Shown: positions 7,394-16,805, counted from the first letter of the stretch. The stretch is DNA of 30,493 nucleotides from a virus (IMGVR_UViG_3300048833_000741:1-30493); one strand, 5' to 3'. The notes: a model not told the origin generated them from the sequence alone. Numbers and translations: made by a program.

Positions 7394-7443
7394 GTGGTCC
7401 TCCGCAAAGCAGCATAGCCAAAAGGTGCTGCGAATAAAGGCGA

Positions 7444-7959
7444 TTAGTTGGCCAGTCTATACACCCGCCCGCGCCCCTCCACCTTCTCCGAGGTCACCTC
7501 TAGCCCGAGCTTCTTCTTCAGAGCACCGGCCATCGCGCCGCGCACCGTGTGCGACTGCCAGTCCGTCGCTGCCATGATCTCCTCGATTGTGGCGCCGTCC
7601 GGTGCCCGCAACATTTCAATCAGCGCTTCTTGCTTGGTGCCCTTCCGGCGTGGGGAAGATGTGGTGACGTTTTCGGCTGGTGTCGTGGTGGCATCGTGCT
7701 CGGTGATCCCGAGCAGGCTCTGTGCCAGCGGCGTTGCGCGCAGGGTGATCGGGCCGCGCGCCTCGTCGTGCCGCCAGACGGTGTTGAGGTTGGTGGCGAG
7801 GATTTCCTCGATCAGCCCGAGCTTCAGGAGGCTCTTGCAGACATTGCCGACAGCGCCGCCCTTCAGCTTGGCGGTGACGGGAAAGACCGCGCCCTCGTCG
7901 CGCGCGCAGGCCGCCGAAAGGATAAGGGCTTGGGTGTCGGTCAGCTGGATCTGGGTCAT
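7444..7959 (-). CDS. DUF3489 domain protein (winged-HTH-like)
   Basis: TKQEALIEMLRAPDGATIEEIMAATDWQSHTVRGAMAGALKKKLGL..GRVYRL signature; GGAG RBS. Confidence 0.88.
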   Translation of the reverse strand: MTQIQLTDTQALILSAACARDEGAVFPVTAKLKGGAVGNVCKSLLKLGLIEEILATNLNTVWRHDEARGPITLRATPLAQSLLGITEHDATTTPAENVTTSSPRRKGTKQEALIEMLRAPDGATIEEIMAATDWQSHTVRGAMAGALKKKLGLEVTSEKVEGRGRVYRLAN

Positions 7960-8055
7960 GGGGTCGTCTCCGTTCTCAGGGCCGCGACTGCCGCTGCCCT
8001 CCTACGACCCCAAGCCGCGCTGGGCGCGCGGCGAGAATTCTGGCGTTGCGGATGG

Positions 8056-8280
8056 TCACTCGGCGTGTTCGCCTTCCTTGAAGGCGCTGTCGGTGATCTC
8101 GCGCAGCTTGGCGCGGTAGTGGTTCAGGGTGCCGACGTGGCCCCAGTGGATCTTGTCGGGGCTGGTTTCGAAATGGTCGGCGCTGAGGGCAGCGAGGCGT
8201 GCCAGCATCGCGTCGATCTCGGTCTTCGCGGTGATGAACGCATCGAGGGCTTTCGTGTTGTCGGTCGCGCGGCGGGTCAT
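8056..8280 (-). CDS. Hypothetical phage protein (74 aa)
   Basis: GGAG RBS before ATG; helical protein with HF..PD.I.WG.VG motif; co-oriented with DUF3489. Confidence 0.75.
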   Translation of the reverse strand: MTRRATDNTKALDAFITAKTEIDAMLARLAALSADHFETSPDKIHWGHVGTLNHYRAKLREITDSAFKEGEHAE

Positions 8281-8340
8281 CTTGGTGGCTCCGTAGTGAG
8301 TTGCATCGCTTTGTCGGAGACACGTTCGCTCTGTCCGGGA

Positions 8341-8361
8341 CGCTTATCAACGAGATAAGCG
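8341..8361. promoter_or_regulatory. Inverted repeat in the divergent promoter region
   Basis: CGCTTATC-AACGA-GATAAGCG in the AT-rich gap between the leftward 74-aa gene and terminase small subunit. Confidence 0.45.
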
Positions 8362-8391
8362 CATGATCTTGAATGATAATTGGAGCTGTCA

Positions 8392-8952
8392 ATGCAGGGC
8401 ATGAGCGAGCGCCAATACGCCGCGCATGTTGGCTTGTCGCGGGGCGCGATCCAGAAGGCCAAGACGGCCGAGCGGTTGGTTCTGTTCGCGGATGGCAGCA
8501 TCGATGCTGAGGCCAGCGATGTGCGGCGGGCGGAAACGACCGATCCTTCGAAGACCCGGAAGCCGTCTGAACCGAAGCTAAAGCCGGTCTCCGAGGCGGC
8601 CGTTGCTGCCGTCGGCGATACGCTGCGCGAACAGGGGCTGGCGGTGCCAGCCGTCGGCGGTGGCACGACCTACTTGCAGGCCAAGACCGCCAACGAGGTT
8701 CTGAAGGCGCAGGAGCGGCGGATCCGGCTGCAAAAGCTGAAGGGTGAGTTGATCGAGCGGGCCCGGGCGCTGTCGCTGGTGTTCCGGCTGGCGCGCGAGG
8801 TGCGGGATGCTTGGGTAAACTGGCCTGCACGGTCGTCTGCGCTGATGGCAGCGGAACTGGGGGTCGAACCGGCCGCGATGCAGAAGGCCTTGGAAAAACA
8901 TGTACGCGCCCACCTCGACGAACTTGCCGAGGTCCGGCCTGACTTCCGTTGA
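8392..8952 (+). CDS. Terminase small subunit (Nu1-like)
   Basis: GGAG RBS; N-terminal HTH (MSERQYAAHVGLSRGAIQKA); coiled coil LKAQERRIRLQKLKGELI; directly upstream of terminase large subunit. Confidence 0.8.
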   Translation: MQGMSERQYAAHVGLSRGAIQKAKTAERLVLFADGSIDAEASDVRRAETTDPSKTRKPSEPKLKPVSEAAVAAVGDTLREQGLAVPAVGGGTTYLQAKTANEVLKAQERRIRLQKLKGELIERARALSLVFRLAREVRDAWVNWPARSSALMAAELGVEPAAMQKALEKHVRAHLDELAEVRPDFR

Positions 8953-10906
8953 AACTGGCGACGACCTGACCGACTTCGACGGCGCGGCAGAAATCCTGCG
9001 CACCTGGGGCGTGGGGCTGACGCCCGATCCTGATCTCACAGTGTCACAATGGGCGGACCGGCATCGGATGCTGTCGGGTCGCGCATCGGCCGAACCGGGG
9101 CGCTATCGCACCGCGCGCACGCCCTACATGCGCGAGATCATGGACCGGCTGTCGCCGGGCGATGTGATGCAGCGCATCGTGTTCATGAAGGCCGCACAGG
9201 TCGGCGCGACTGAAGCGGGCAACAACTGGATCGGCTTTGCCATCCACCAGGCACCGGGCCCGATGTTGGCGGTCCAGCCGACCGTGGAACTGGCCAAGCG
9301 CAACTCGCGCCAGCGGATCGACCCGCTGATCGACGAAAGTCCCGACCTGCGGGAGAGGGTCAAACCGGTCCGGTCACGCGACGCGGGCAACACCATGCTG
9401 TCCAAGGAATTCGCGGGCGGGATCCTGATCATGACCGGGGCGAACTCGGCGGTTGGGCTGCGCTCGACCCCGGCGCGCTACATCTTCCTTGACGAGGTCG
9501 ATGCCTATCCGGCCTCGGCCGACGAGGAAGGCGATCCGGTTACGCTGGCCGAGGCCCGATCCCTGACCTTCGCCCATCGGCGCAAGGTGTTCCTGGTCTC
9601 GACGCCGACGATCCGGGGACTGAGCCGGATCGAACGGGAATACGAGGCGTCCGACCAACGCCGGTTCTTCGTGCCGTGCCCGCACTGCGGCCATGACCAA
9701 TGGCTGAAGTTCGAGCGGCTGCGCTGGCAGAAGGGCAAGCCGGAAACGGCGGAATACCACTGCGAGGGCTGTGACCAGCCCATCGGTGAACACCACAAGA
9801 CGGCGATGCTGGAAGCGGGAGAATGGCGGACGACGGCCGTTGCCGCCGATCCGACCACAGTCGGGTATCACCTTTCGGCGCTCTATTCTCCGATCGGCTG
9901 GCTGAGTTGGGAGCGGATCGTGCGGTCATGGGAAGCGGCCCAAGGGTCGGACGAGGCGATCAAGGCGTTCCGCAACACGATCCTTGGCGAGACATGGGTC
10001 GAAACCGGGGAAGCGCCGGACTGGCAGCGGCTCTACGACCGGCGCGAGCGCTGGAAATCCGGCACGGTGCCAGCGGGCGGGTTGTTCCTGACCGCCGGAG
10101 CCGACGTGCAGAAGGACCGGATCGAGGTCGACGTCTGGGCTTGGGGTCGCGGTCTGGAAAGCTGGCTGGTCGATCACATCGTGATCGAGGGCGGGCCGGA
10201 CCGGCATGACGCGTGGTCGGAACTGACTGCGCTGCTGGACCGGTCCTGGCCACACGAACGCGGCGCGCATCTGCGCATCGCGCGGCTTGCCATCGACACG
10301 GGCTATGAGGCCCCGGCGGTCTATTCCTGGTCGCGGGCGCAGGGGTTCGCGCAGGTGTCGCCGGTCAAGGGTGTCGAGGGGTTCAACCGCTCCAGCCCGG
10401 TCTCGGGACCTACCTTCGTCGACGCGACCGAGGGCGGCAAACGTCTGCGGCGAGGGGCGCGGCTCTGGACCGTGGCGGTGTCGACCTTCAAGGCCGAAAC
10501 TTACCGGTTCCTGCGGCTGGAACGGCCGACCGAAGAAGACATGACCGAAGGGGCCGCGTTTCCGCCGGGATCGGTGCATCTGCCGCACTGGGTCGAGAAT
10601 GAATGGCTGAAGCAGTTCGTGGCGGAACAGCTGGTGACGGTCCGCACGAAGCGGGGCTTCGCCCGGCTGGAATGGCAGAAGCTGCGCGAACGCAACGAAG
10701 CGCTGGATTGCCGGGTCTATGCCCGCGCCGCCGCCTGGATCGCGGGCGCGGATCGCTGGACCGACGAGAAATGGCGCGACCTCGAGGATCAGCTCGGGGC
10801 GGCGCCAACGGAAAGGGATGGCGCGGGGCGGGTCAACCGGCCGCAAGCCGCACCCCAGGGAAAACGGCAATCGGATTGGCTTGGCAGACGCGGAGGATGG
10901 TTCTGA
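8900..10906 (+). CDS. terL: Terminase large subunit, lambda gpA family (start uncertain)
   Basis: VFMKAAQVGATE Walker A, YIFLDEVD Walker B, VSTPT, CPHC..CEGC, GADVQ nuclease motif, RNEALDC. Confidence 0.96.
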   Translation: MYAPTSTNLPRSGLTSVETGDDLTDFDGAAEILRTWGVGLTPDPDLTVSQWADRHRMLSGRASAEPGRYRTARTPYMREIMDRLSPGDVMQRIVFMKAAQVGATEAGNNWIGFAIHQAPGPMLAVQPTVELAKRNSRQRIDPLIDESPDLRERVKPVRSRDAGNTMLSKEFAGGILIMTGANSAVGLRSTPARYIFLDEVDAYPASADEEGDPVTLAEARSLTFAHRRKVFLVSTPTIRGLSRIEREYEASDQRRFFVPCPHCGHDQWLKFERLRWQKGKPETAEYHCEGCDQPIGEHHKTAMLEAGEWRTTAVAADPTTVGYHLSALYSPIGWLSWERIVRSWEAAQGSDEAIKAFRNTILGETWVETGEAPDWQRLYDRRERWKSGTVPAGGLFLTAGADVQKDRIEVDVWAWGRGLESWLVDHIVIEGGPDRHDAWSELTALLDRSWPHERGAHLRIARLAIDTGYEAPAVYSWSRAQGFAQVSPVKGVEGFNRSSPVSGPTFVDATEGGKRLRRGARLWTVAVSTFKAETYRFLRLERPTEEDMTEGAAFPPGSVHLPHWVENEWLKQFVAEQLVTVRTKRGFARLEWQKLRERNEALDCRVYARAAAWIAGADRWTDEKWRDLEDQLGAAPTERDGAGRVNRPQAAPQGKRQSDWLGRRGGWF

Positions 10907-11115
10907 TGACCGACTGGACGGAAACGGAGTTGGCGGCCCTGCGCCGGGCCTATGCCAGTGGCACGACCCGGGTCAGCTATGATGGAAAATCTGTCGACTA
11001 TGGCTCAGCCGAGGATCTGCTGGGCCGCATCCGGACCATTGAACGCGCTATCGCGGGGACCGCGCGGCCGCTGCCGGTCGCCGGGTTGGCGGGCTTCAGC
11101 CGCGGGGATCGCTGA
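10906..11115 (+). CDS. Head-to-tail joining protein, gpW-like
   Basis: TGATG coupling, GGAGG RBS; 69 aa with RVSYDGKSVDY..DL between terminase and portal, as for lambda W. Confidence 0.88.
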   Translation: MTDWTETELAALRRAYASGTTRVSYDGKSVDYGSAEDLLGRIRTIERAIAGTARPLPVAGLAGFSRGDR

Positions 11116-12635
11116 TGCCCGCGAATTGGATGGACCATGCCATCGCATCCGTCGCCCCACGCATGGCCGCCCGGCGCGTGCTAGCACGGCAGGCCTTCGA
11201 GACCCTGACGCGCGGCTATGATGGCGCGTCCAAGGGGCGGCGGACGGACGGCTGGCGTGCACCGGGGTCCTCGGCCGACACCGAGATCGGCGTGGCAGGC
11301 GCGCTACTTCGGGACAGGATGCGCGACTTGGTCCGCAACAATCCACATGCGGCCAAGGCGGTGGCGGTATTGGTGAACAACATCGTGGGCTCGGGCATCA
11401 TGCCCCGTGCGGCCAGCGGCGACGACAAGCTAGACCGCAAGGTCGATGCCCTGTTCACCCGCTGGACGGCAGATTGCGATGCCGACGGCCAGCTGGATTT
11501 CTACGGGCTGCAGACGCTGATCTGCCGCGAGATGGTCGAGGCAGGCGAGGTGCTCGTGCGGCGCAGGTTGCGGCGGTCGTCGGATGGTCTGCCGGTGCCG
11601 TTGCAATTGCAGGTGCTCGAGGCAGACTTCCTCGACGCCACCAAGTCCAGCAACGTCGGCGCAGGCCGCATCGTACAGGGCATCGAGTTCGACCCGGTCG
11701 GCAAACGTCGCGCCTATTGGCTGCATCCCGAACACCCCGGCGATGCGCATGGGGCCTTGCGTGGCGGCATCGACAGCCGCCCGGTTCCCGCGACCGAGAT
11801 CGCCCATGTCTATGAAAAACAGCGCACGCAGGCGCGCGGCGTGCCTTGGGGCGCACCGGTGATCCGGTCCCTGCGCGACCTCGACGACTACGAAGTGGCC
11901 GAGCTGGTCCGCAAGAAGACCGAGGCCTGCGTCACCGCCATCGTCTTTGGCGATGACGAGTCCCAGCAGGGCATCGCGCCCACCGTGGTGGATGCCGATG
12001 GCAACAGGGTCGAGCAGTTCGAACCGGGGCTGATCGCCTATGCGCGCGGCGGCAAGGACATCCGGTTCAACCAGCCTTCCGCCACCGGCGGCTACGGCGA
12101 ATACAAGCGGGCCAGCCTGCACACGATCTCGGCCGGGTTTCGGGTGCCTTACGAACTGCTGACCGGCGATCTCAGCCAGGTCAATTATTCCTCGATCCGG
12201 GCGGGGCTGGTCGAGTTCCGTCGACAGATCGACGCCGTGCAGTGGCAGTTATTCATCCCGATGTTCTGCGCGCCCGTGTGGCGCTGGTTCACCGAAGCGG
12301 CATGGGCGGCGGGCCAGATCCCGACACCGGACGTGCCGGTAGAATGGTCGCCGCCGAAGTTCGAGGCGGTCGATCCGCAGAAGGACGCAATGGCCAACCT
12401 GCTGTCGATCCGGTCTGGCACCATGACGCTGGCAGAAGTGATCGCCCGGCAGGGTCGCAACCCCGATGCGGTGCTGGCCGAGATCGCCGCGACCAACGCC
12501 AAGCTGGATGCCCTCGGCCTCGTCCTCGACAGCGATCCGCGCCGGGTGACCAAAACCGGCAGTGCCCAGACCAGCGACCCGGCCAACGATCCGACAAACG
12601 ACCCGGCGCAACCCGACGCCTCCCAACAGGACTGA
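11115..12635 (+). CDS. Portal protein, lambda family
   Basis: RMRDLVRNN, RGVPW, YELLTGDLSQVNYSSIRAGL and VDPQKD motifs; position. Confidence 0.96.
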   Translation: MPANWMDHAIASVAPRMAARRVLARQAFETLTRGYDGASKGRRTDGWRAPGSSADTEIGVAGALLRDRMRDLVRNNPHAAKAVAVLVNNIVGSGIMPRAASGDDKLDRKVDALFTRWTADCDADGQLDFYGLQTLICREMVEAGEVLVRRRLRRSSDGLPVPLQLQVLEADFLDATKSSNVGAGRIVQGIEFDPVGKRRAYWLHPEHPGDAHGALRGGIDSRPVPATEIAHVYEKQRTQARGVPWGAPVIRSLRDLDDYEVAELVRKKTEACVTAIVFGDDESQQGIAPTVVDADGNRVEQFEPGLIAYARGGKDIRFNQPSATGGYGEYKRASLHTISAGFRVPYELLTGDLSQVNYSSIRAGLVEFRRQIDAVQWQLFIPMFCAPVWRWFTEAAWAAGQIPTPDVPVEWSPPKFEAVDPQKDAMANLLSIRSGTMTLAEVIARQGRNPDAVLAEIAATNAKLDALGLVLDSDPRRVTKTGSAQTSDPANDPTNDPAQPDASQQD

Positions 12636-12639
12636 CCCC

Positions 12640-14679
12640 ATGGACACGATGATCGAATTGCCGGCCATGCGCCGGACAGCGGAGCTTGCGCCGAACACGG
12701 CCGATGCGACCGCCCGCACCGTCGAGGTGGTCTGGTCGGCCGGGGCCCGCGTTCGCCGCGCCAGTTTCTTCGGCGAGCCTTACGACGAGGAACTCAGCCT
12801 CGACCCCACCCATGTGCGGCTGGAACGACTGAACGCGGGCGCACCTTTCCTGAAGGTGCACGAGTTGGGCGCGCTCGACGCGGTCATCGGCTCGGTCGTC
12901 CCCGGCTCGGCCCGCCTTGAAAACGGCCGGGGCATCGCGCTGGTCCGCATCTCCGAACGCGACGATGTCGAGCCGATCTGGCGTGACATTCAGGCCGGAC
13001 ACATCCGGGCGGTGTCCATCGGCTACCAGGTTCACCGCTTCGAGGTCTCCAAGCCCGATGGCGGCCGCGAGTTGTGGCGCGCCGTCGACTGGACACCCTT
13101 CGAGGTCTCCGCCGTGCCGGTCGGGGCCGACCCAGCGGCAGGCTTCCGCACCCAGCAATCCCTTCACGATTGCGTCCTTCATCGCCGGGACGCTTCCAAC
13201 ACCCGACAAGGAGCATCCCCGATGACCGACCCGACCCAGACCCAGTCCCCGGCCGCAGCGGCCGCCGAACCCCATGCGACCGAGGAGACCCAGATGACCG
13301 ACCCCACCAATCCCGCTGCCGAACCGCAGGCGCGTGCCGTCGAGACGCGAGCGCTGCCGCAGGCCGCCCCGACGACCCCGCCTGACACCGAAGCCATCGC
13401 CACGCGGGCGCGCGAGAGTGAACGCGACCGCGTCTCGACGATCTACGATCTGGCGGGCCGCCTGAACCTCGAGCGCGGCTTTGCCGAGGATCTGGTCAAG
13501 CGCGGTGTCACCGTCGATGAATCCCGTCGCCTGATCCTCGACCAGGTCGCAGCCAAGTCGGACGAAACCCGGACCTTCCCACATGTCTCGATCCCCCTCG
13601 GCGGCCGGGATGAACGCGTGACCCGCCGCGACGCCGTGGCCAATGCGCTGTTGCACCGCTACAGCCCGACACTGTTCCAGCTTGACGACTCTGCCCGCCA
13701 GTACCGCGGCATGTCGCTCCTGGAACTGGCCCGCGAAAGCCTGACCAATGCCGGGGTCAACACGCGCGGCCTGTCGCGCGACGAGGTGGCGACGCGCTCG
13801 CTGCATTCCACCTCAGACTTCCCCGAAATCCTGTCCGCCGTCACCAACAAGACCCTGCGGCAGGCCTACGAGACCTATCCCCGCACCTTCATGCTGTTCT
13901 GCCGCCAGGTGCTGGCCACCGACTTCAAAGCGATGAACCGGGTGCAGTTGGGCGAGGCCCCGCAGCTTCTGGAAGTGGGCGAGAGCGGCGAGTTCAAGCG
14001 CGGCACACTTGGCGAGAGCAAGGAGAGCTACAAGGTCAAGACCTATGGCCGGGTGGTCGCGATCACCCGCCAGACCGTGATCAACGACGATCTGGATGCC
14101 TTCACCCGGATCCCGGCGATGTATGGCAATTCCATCGCTCAGCTGGAAAGCGACGTGGTCTGGGGCATCATCACCGCCAACCCGGCGATGGCCGATGGCA
14201 ACGCGCTCTTCCACACCACGCACAAGAACCTGGCCGCGACCGGCACGGCACTGGCGGTCGATGCCGTGGGTGCCGCGCGGGCGGCGATGGCGCTGCAGAC
14301 CGGCTTCGACAAGAAGACCGTGCTCAACATCCGCCCCGCCTTCCTGATCGTGCCCGCCGCGCTGGAACTGAAGGCCGAGCAGTTGGTCGCCCAGAACCTC
14401 GTGCCCGCCGACAGCAGCAAGGTGGTGCCGCAGTCGATCCGCACCCTCAGCCCGATCAGCGAGCCCCGGCTCGATGCCGCCAGCCCCACCGCCTGGTATC
14501 TGGCCGCCAACCCGAACCAGATCGACACTATCGAATACGCCTATCTGGAAGGCCAACAGGGTGCCTACGTTGAAACCCGCAACGGCTTCGATGTCGATGG
14601 GGTCGAGATCAAGTGCCGCCTCGACTTCGGGGCAAAGGCCATCGATTGGCGCGGCCTTTACCGAAATTCCGGCGCGTAA
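12640..14679 (+). CDS. Prohead protease / major capsid fusion protein
   Basis: N-terminal protease (FLKVH, VSIGY, EVSAVPVGADP), Pro/Ala/Thr-rich linker, capsid domain (TSDFP, TYGR..ITRQ..INDDL, DFGAKAIDWRG). Confidence 0.93.
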   Translation: MDTMIELPAMRRTAELAPNTADATARTVEVVWSAGARVRRASFFGEPYDEELSLDPTHVRLERLNAGAPFLKVHELGALDAVIGSVVPGSARLENGRGIALVRISERDDVEPIWRDIQAGHIRAVSIGYQVHRFEVSKPDGGRELWRAVDWTPFEVSAVPVGADPAAGFRTQQSLHDCVLHRRDASNTRQGASPMTDPTQTQSPAAAAAEPHATEETQMTDPTNPAAEPQARAVETRALPQAAPTTPPDTEAIATRARESERDRVSTIYDLAGRLNLERGFAEDLVKRGVTVDESRRLILDQVAAKSDETRTFPHVSIPLGGRDERVTRRDAVANALLHRYSPTLFQLDDSARQYRGMSLLELARESLTNAGVNTRGLSRDEVATRSLHSTSDFPEILSAVTNKTLRQAYETYPRTFMLFCRQVLATDFKAMNRVQLGEAPQLLEVGESGEFKRGTLGESKESYKVKTYGRVVAITRQTVINDDLDAFTRIPAMYGNSIAQLESDVVWGIITANPAMADGNALFHTTHKNLAATGTALAVDAVGAARAAMALQTGFDKKTVLNIRPAFLIVPAALELKAEQLVAQNLVPADSSKVVPQSIRTLSPISEPRLDAASPTAWYLAANPNQIDTIEYAYLEGQQGAYVETRNGFDVDGVEIKCRLDFGAKAIDWRGLYRNSGA

Positions 14680-14708
14680 GCCGGGACAATTCCCTCACCT
14701 GAACCCTG

Positions 14709-14736
14709 ACAGGCGGCCCTTACGCCGCCTGTTTCC
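14709..14736 (+). terminator. Stem-loop after the capsid gene (weak terminator or mRNA stabiliser)
   Basis: ACAGGCGGC-CCTTAC-GCCGCCTGT with only a short T tract. Confidence 0.45.
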
Positions 14737-14759
14737 ACGTTCGCGAAAGGACATCCGCC

Positions 14760-15095
14760 ATGAAGAACTACGTCCAACCCGGCAATACCATCACCCTGAC
14801 CGCACCCTATGCTGTCACGTCCGGCGATGGCCTGCTCGTCGGCTCCATCTTCGGTGTGGCTGCTGGCACCGCTATCCTTGGCGATCCGGTCGAAACATCA
14901 GTCGAAGGCGTCTACGATCTGAAGAAGGTCGCCTCGCAAGCGTGGGCCGCAGGCGACAGGATCTACTGGGACAACACCGCCAGGCAGACCACCAAGACCC
15001 TGACCGCGAACACGCTGATCGGCGTCGCGACCGAGGCTGTCGCAGGCGGGGCCACCGACCTGATCGGCCGGGTGCGCCTGAACGGCGCATTCTGA
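14760..15095 (+). CDS. DUF2190-like capsid decoration/cement protein
   Basis: AAGGA RBS; MKNYVQPG..GVA..GVYDL.K..GDRIYWD..IGVA..VRLNG signature. Confidence 0.88.
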   Translation: MKNYVQPGNTITLTAPYAVTSGDGLLVGSIFGVAAGTAILGDPVETSVEGVYDLKKVASQAWAAGDRIYWDNTARQTTKTLTANTLIGVATEAVAGGATDLIGRVRLNGAF

Positions 15096-15406
15096 TGAGC
15101 GCCTTCGCCGCCGCCGTCGGCGCACTTTTTGCCGATCCGAACATGGGGCGGGACGCGGTCTACACTGCCGATGGCGGCGCGCCCGTTCTCGTGCGCGTCG
15201 TCGCCCGGCGTGCCGATGCCGTCACCGACTTCGGTGATGCACGGCTTTGGTCCGAAACCACGCGCATCGATCTGCGCGTGGCCAAGGTACCGAACCCGCG
15301 CCCCGGTGACCGCATCGAGATCGACGGGGACGCCTTTCTCATCCAGGGCGAGCCCGTGCGTGACCGCGAACGGCTGGTCTGGACCGTCGATCTGAGGCCC
15401 GCGTGA
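15095..15406 (+). CDS. Head-tail joining protein (gpFII-like)
   Basis: TGATG coupling; PRPGDRIEIDG..FLIQGEP beta-rich pattern; position. Confidence 0.8.
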   Translation: MSAFAAAVGALFADPNMGRDAVYTADGGAPVLVRVVARRADAVTDFGDARLWSETTRIDLRVAKVPNPRPGDRIEIDGDAFLIQGEPVRDRERLVWTVDLRPA

Positions 15407-16038
15407 AACTGAAGCTCGCCATCGAACCGGACATCGTCACCCTGATGGCGGCCGAGGTCGCGGCAGGGGAACGCGCCGTCACAGCCGCGATGCGCCAGGC
15501 GGGCACCGACCTGAAATCCGCCTGGCGCACCCAGATCACTGGCGCGGGGTTGGGCACACGCCTCGCCAACTCGATCCGCTTCGCCAGCTTCCCAAAATCC
15601 GGCGAAAGCCTGAACGCGGCGGCACTGGTCTGGTCCAACGCCCCGGTCATCATCGGCGCGCATGACACCGGCCCATTGATCCGCTCGAAGAATGGCTTCT
15701 GGCTGGCGATCCCCACGCCAGCGGCGGGCAAATCCACGCGCGGCGGCCGGATTACCCCCGGCGAATGGGAACGCCGCACCGGCCTGCGCCTGCGGTTTAT
15801 CTATCGCCGTCGGGGACCGAGCCTATTGGTGGCAGAAGGGCGCCTGAACACCAAGGGTCGCGCCGTGGCGTCACGGTCGAAAACCGGCCGGGGCGTCGTG
15901 ACCGCGCCGATCTTCCTGCTGGTGCCGCAGGTGAAGCTGCCGAAACGGCTGGATCTGGCGCGGGATGCAGAGCGGGCTGTAGACGGTGTGCCGGGGCTGA
16001 TCGTGGCGAACTGGGTGGAAAACTTGGCAAGTCGTTAG
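15403..16038 (+). CDS. DUF6441-like neck/tail completion protein
   Basis: GTGA overlap; basic 211-aa protein in the head-tail connector position. Confidence 0.75.
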   Translation: MKLKLAIEPDIVTLMAAEVAAGERAVTAAMRQAGTDLKSAWRTQITGAGLGTRLANSIRFASFPKSGESLNAAALVWSNAPVIIGAHDTGPLIRSKNGFWLAIPTPAAGKSTRGGRITPGEWERRTGLRLRFIYRRRGPSLLVAEGRLNTKGRAVASRSKTGRGVVTAPIFLLVPQVKLPKRLDLARDAERAVDGVPGLIVANWVENLASR

Positions 16039-16051
16039 AAAACGCGAACGA

Positions 16052-16753
16052 CTAGGGATTGTCAGGCACGACCGGCGCGGCCCTGCCTGCAAGCTTCTTC
16101 CAATCAGGGTTGTCGATCAGCGTTGATCGGTAGATTTTGATTTTTGAACAACCATCGATCGCCTTGAGCGTGCCCTTTACGGATTCAGCTAGCGGAGCTG
16201 CCAGCCAAGGGCTCAATGTGATGCGCTTTATATGACTGAGGCTGATGGGAACGTCATGGAATGGCTTGGAAACATCGCGGTCGACATACACTGCGCGATA
16301 CTCTGCCTCATCGCCATATGGCCACCTTTTCAGGAAGGGAAGCTGTTCGATATCGACATCGGCCATGCTCTTCGCCTGCTTGAGAAGGGTGTAATTCATG
16401 ACGCCGTGCCGAACACCCCGATCATGGTTGAACGCGCCCAACAACCCGTCTTTGTCGAACTCGATGCAGACACCGTCTGAACCATGCGAAAACACCCTCC
16501 AGTGGTGATAAGTTTCATGGCTCTCAGCAAAGCAGAGTGCCAACACGGAGGCGGCATTCGCTCGCCGCTTGTACTCTGACATGAAGTAGGCGTCATTCCT
16601 GTCATCCCACGTTGAGGGATCGAGGAGCGTGATCTTGCGCTTCTGCAGGAGATGAATAGCTGCGGCCAAATTCGTGTAGCGTCGAAAGGTTGTACTTGTC
16701 ATTCCACCCAACACCCTGCGTTGTTCTGCGATCTTGGAATTTGAGCGCAGCAT
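16052..16753 (-). CDS. DUF2971-like protein (moron; start may be 16702)
   Basis: RRYT..L....W.D.ND, LCF......HW..F....GVCIEF and FLKR..Y..E.EYR pattern; AT-richer and antisense within the tail operon. Confidence 0.75.
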   Translation of the reverse strand: MLRSNSKIAEQRRVLGGMTSTTFRRYTNLAAAIHLLQKRKITLLDPSTWDDRNDAYFMSEYKRRANAASVLALCFAESHETYHHWRVFSHGSDGVCIEFDKDGLLGAFNHDRGVRHGVMNYTLLKQAKSMADVDIEQLPFLKRWPYGDEAEYRAVYVDRDVSKPFHDVPISLSHIKRITLSPWLAAPLAESVKGTLKAIDGCSKIKIYRSTLIDNPDWKKLAGRAAPVVPDNP

Positions 16754-16805
16754 GATCTTTCACATATCGCAGAATCCATGTGACTGAAATCTTGGAAATC
16801 CAAAG

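Noticed and set aside
12575-12606. 12-nt tandem repeats encoding DPANDPTNDPA at the portal C-terminus
   Set aside because: Ordinary low-complexity tail
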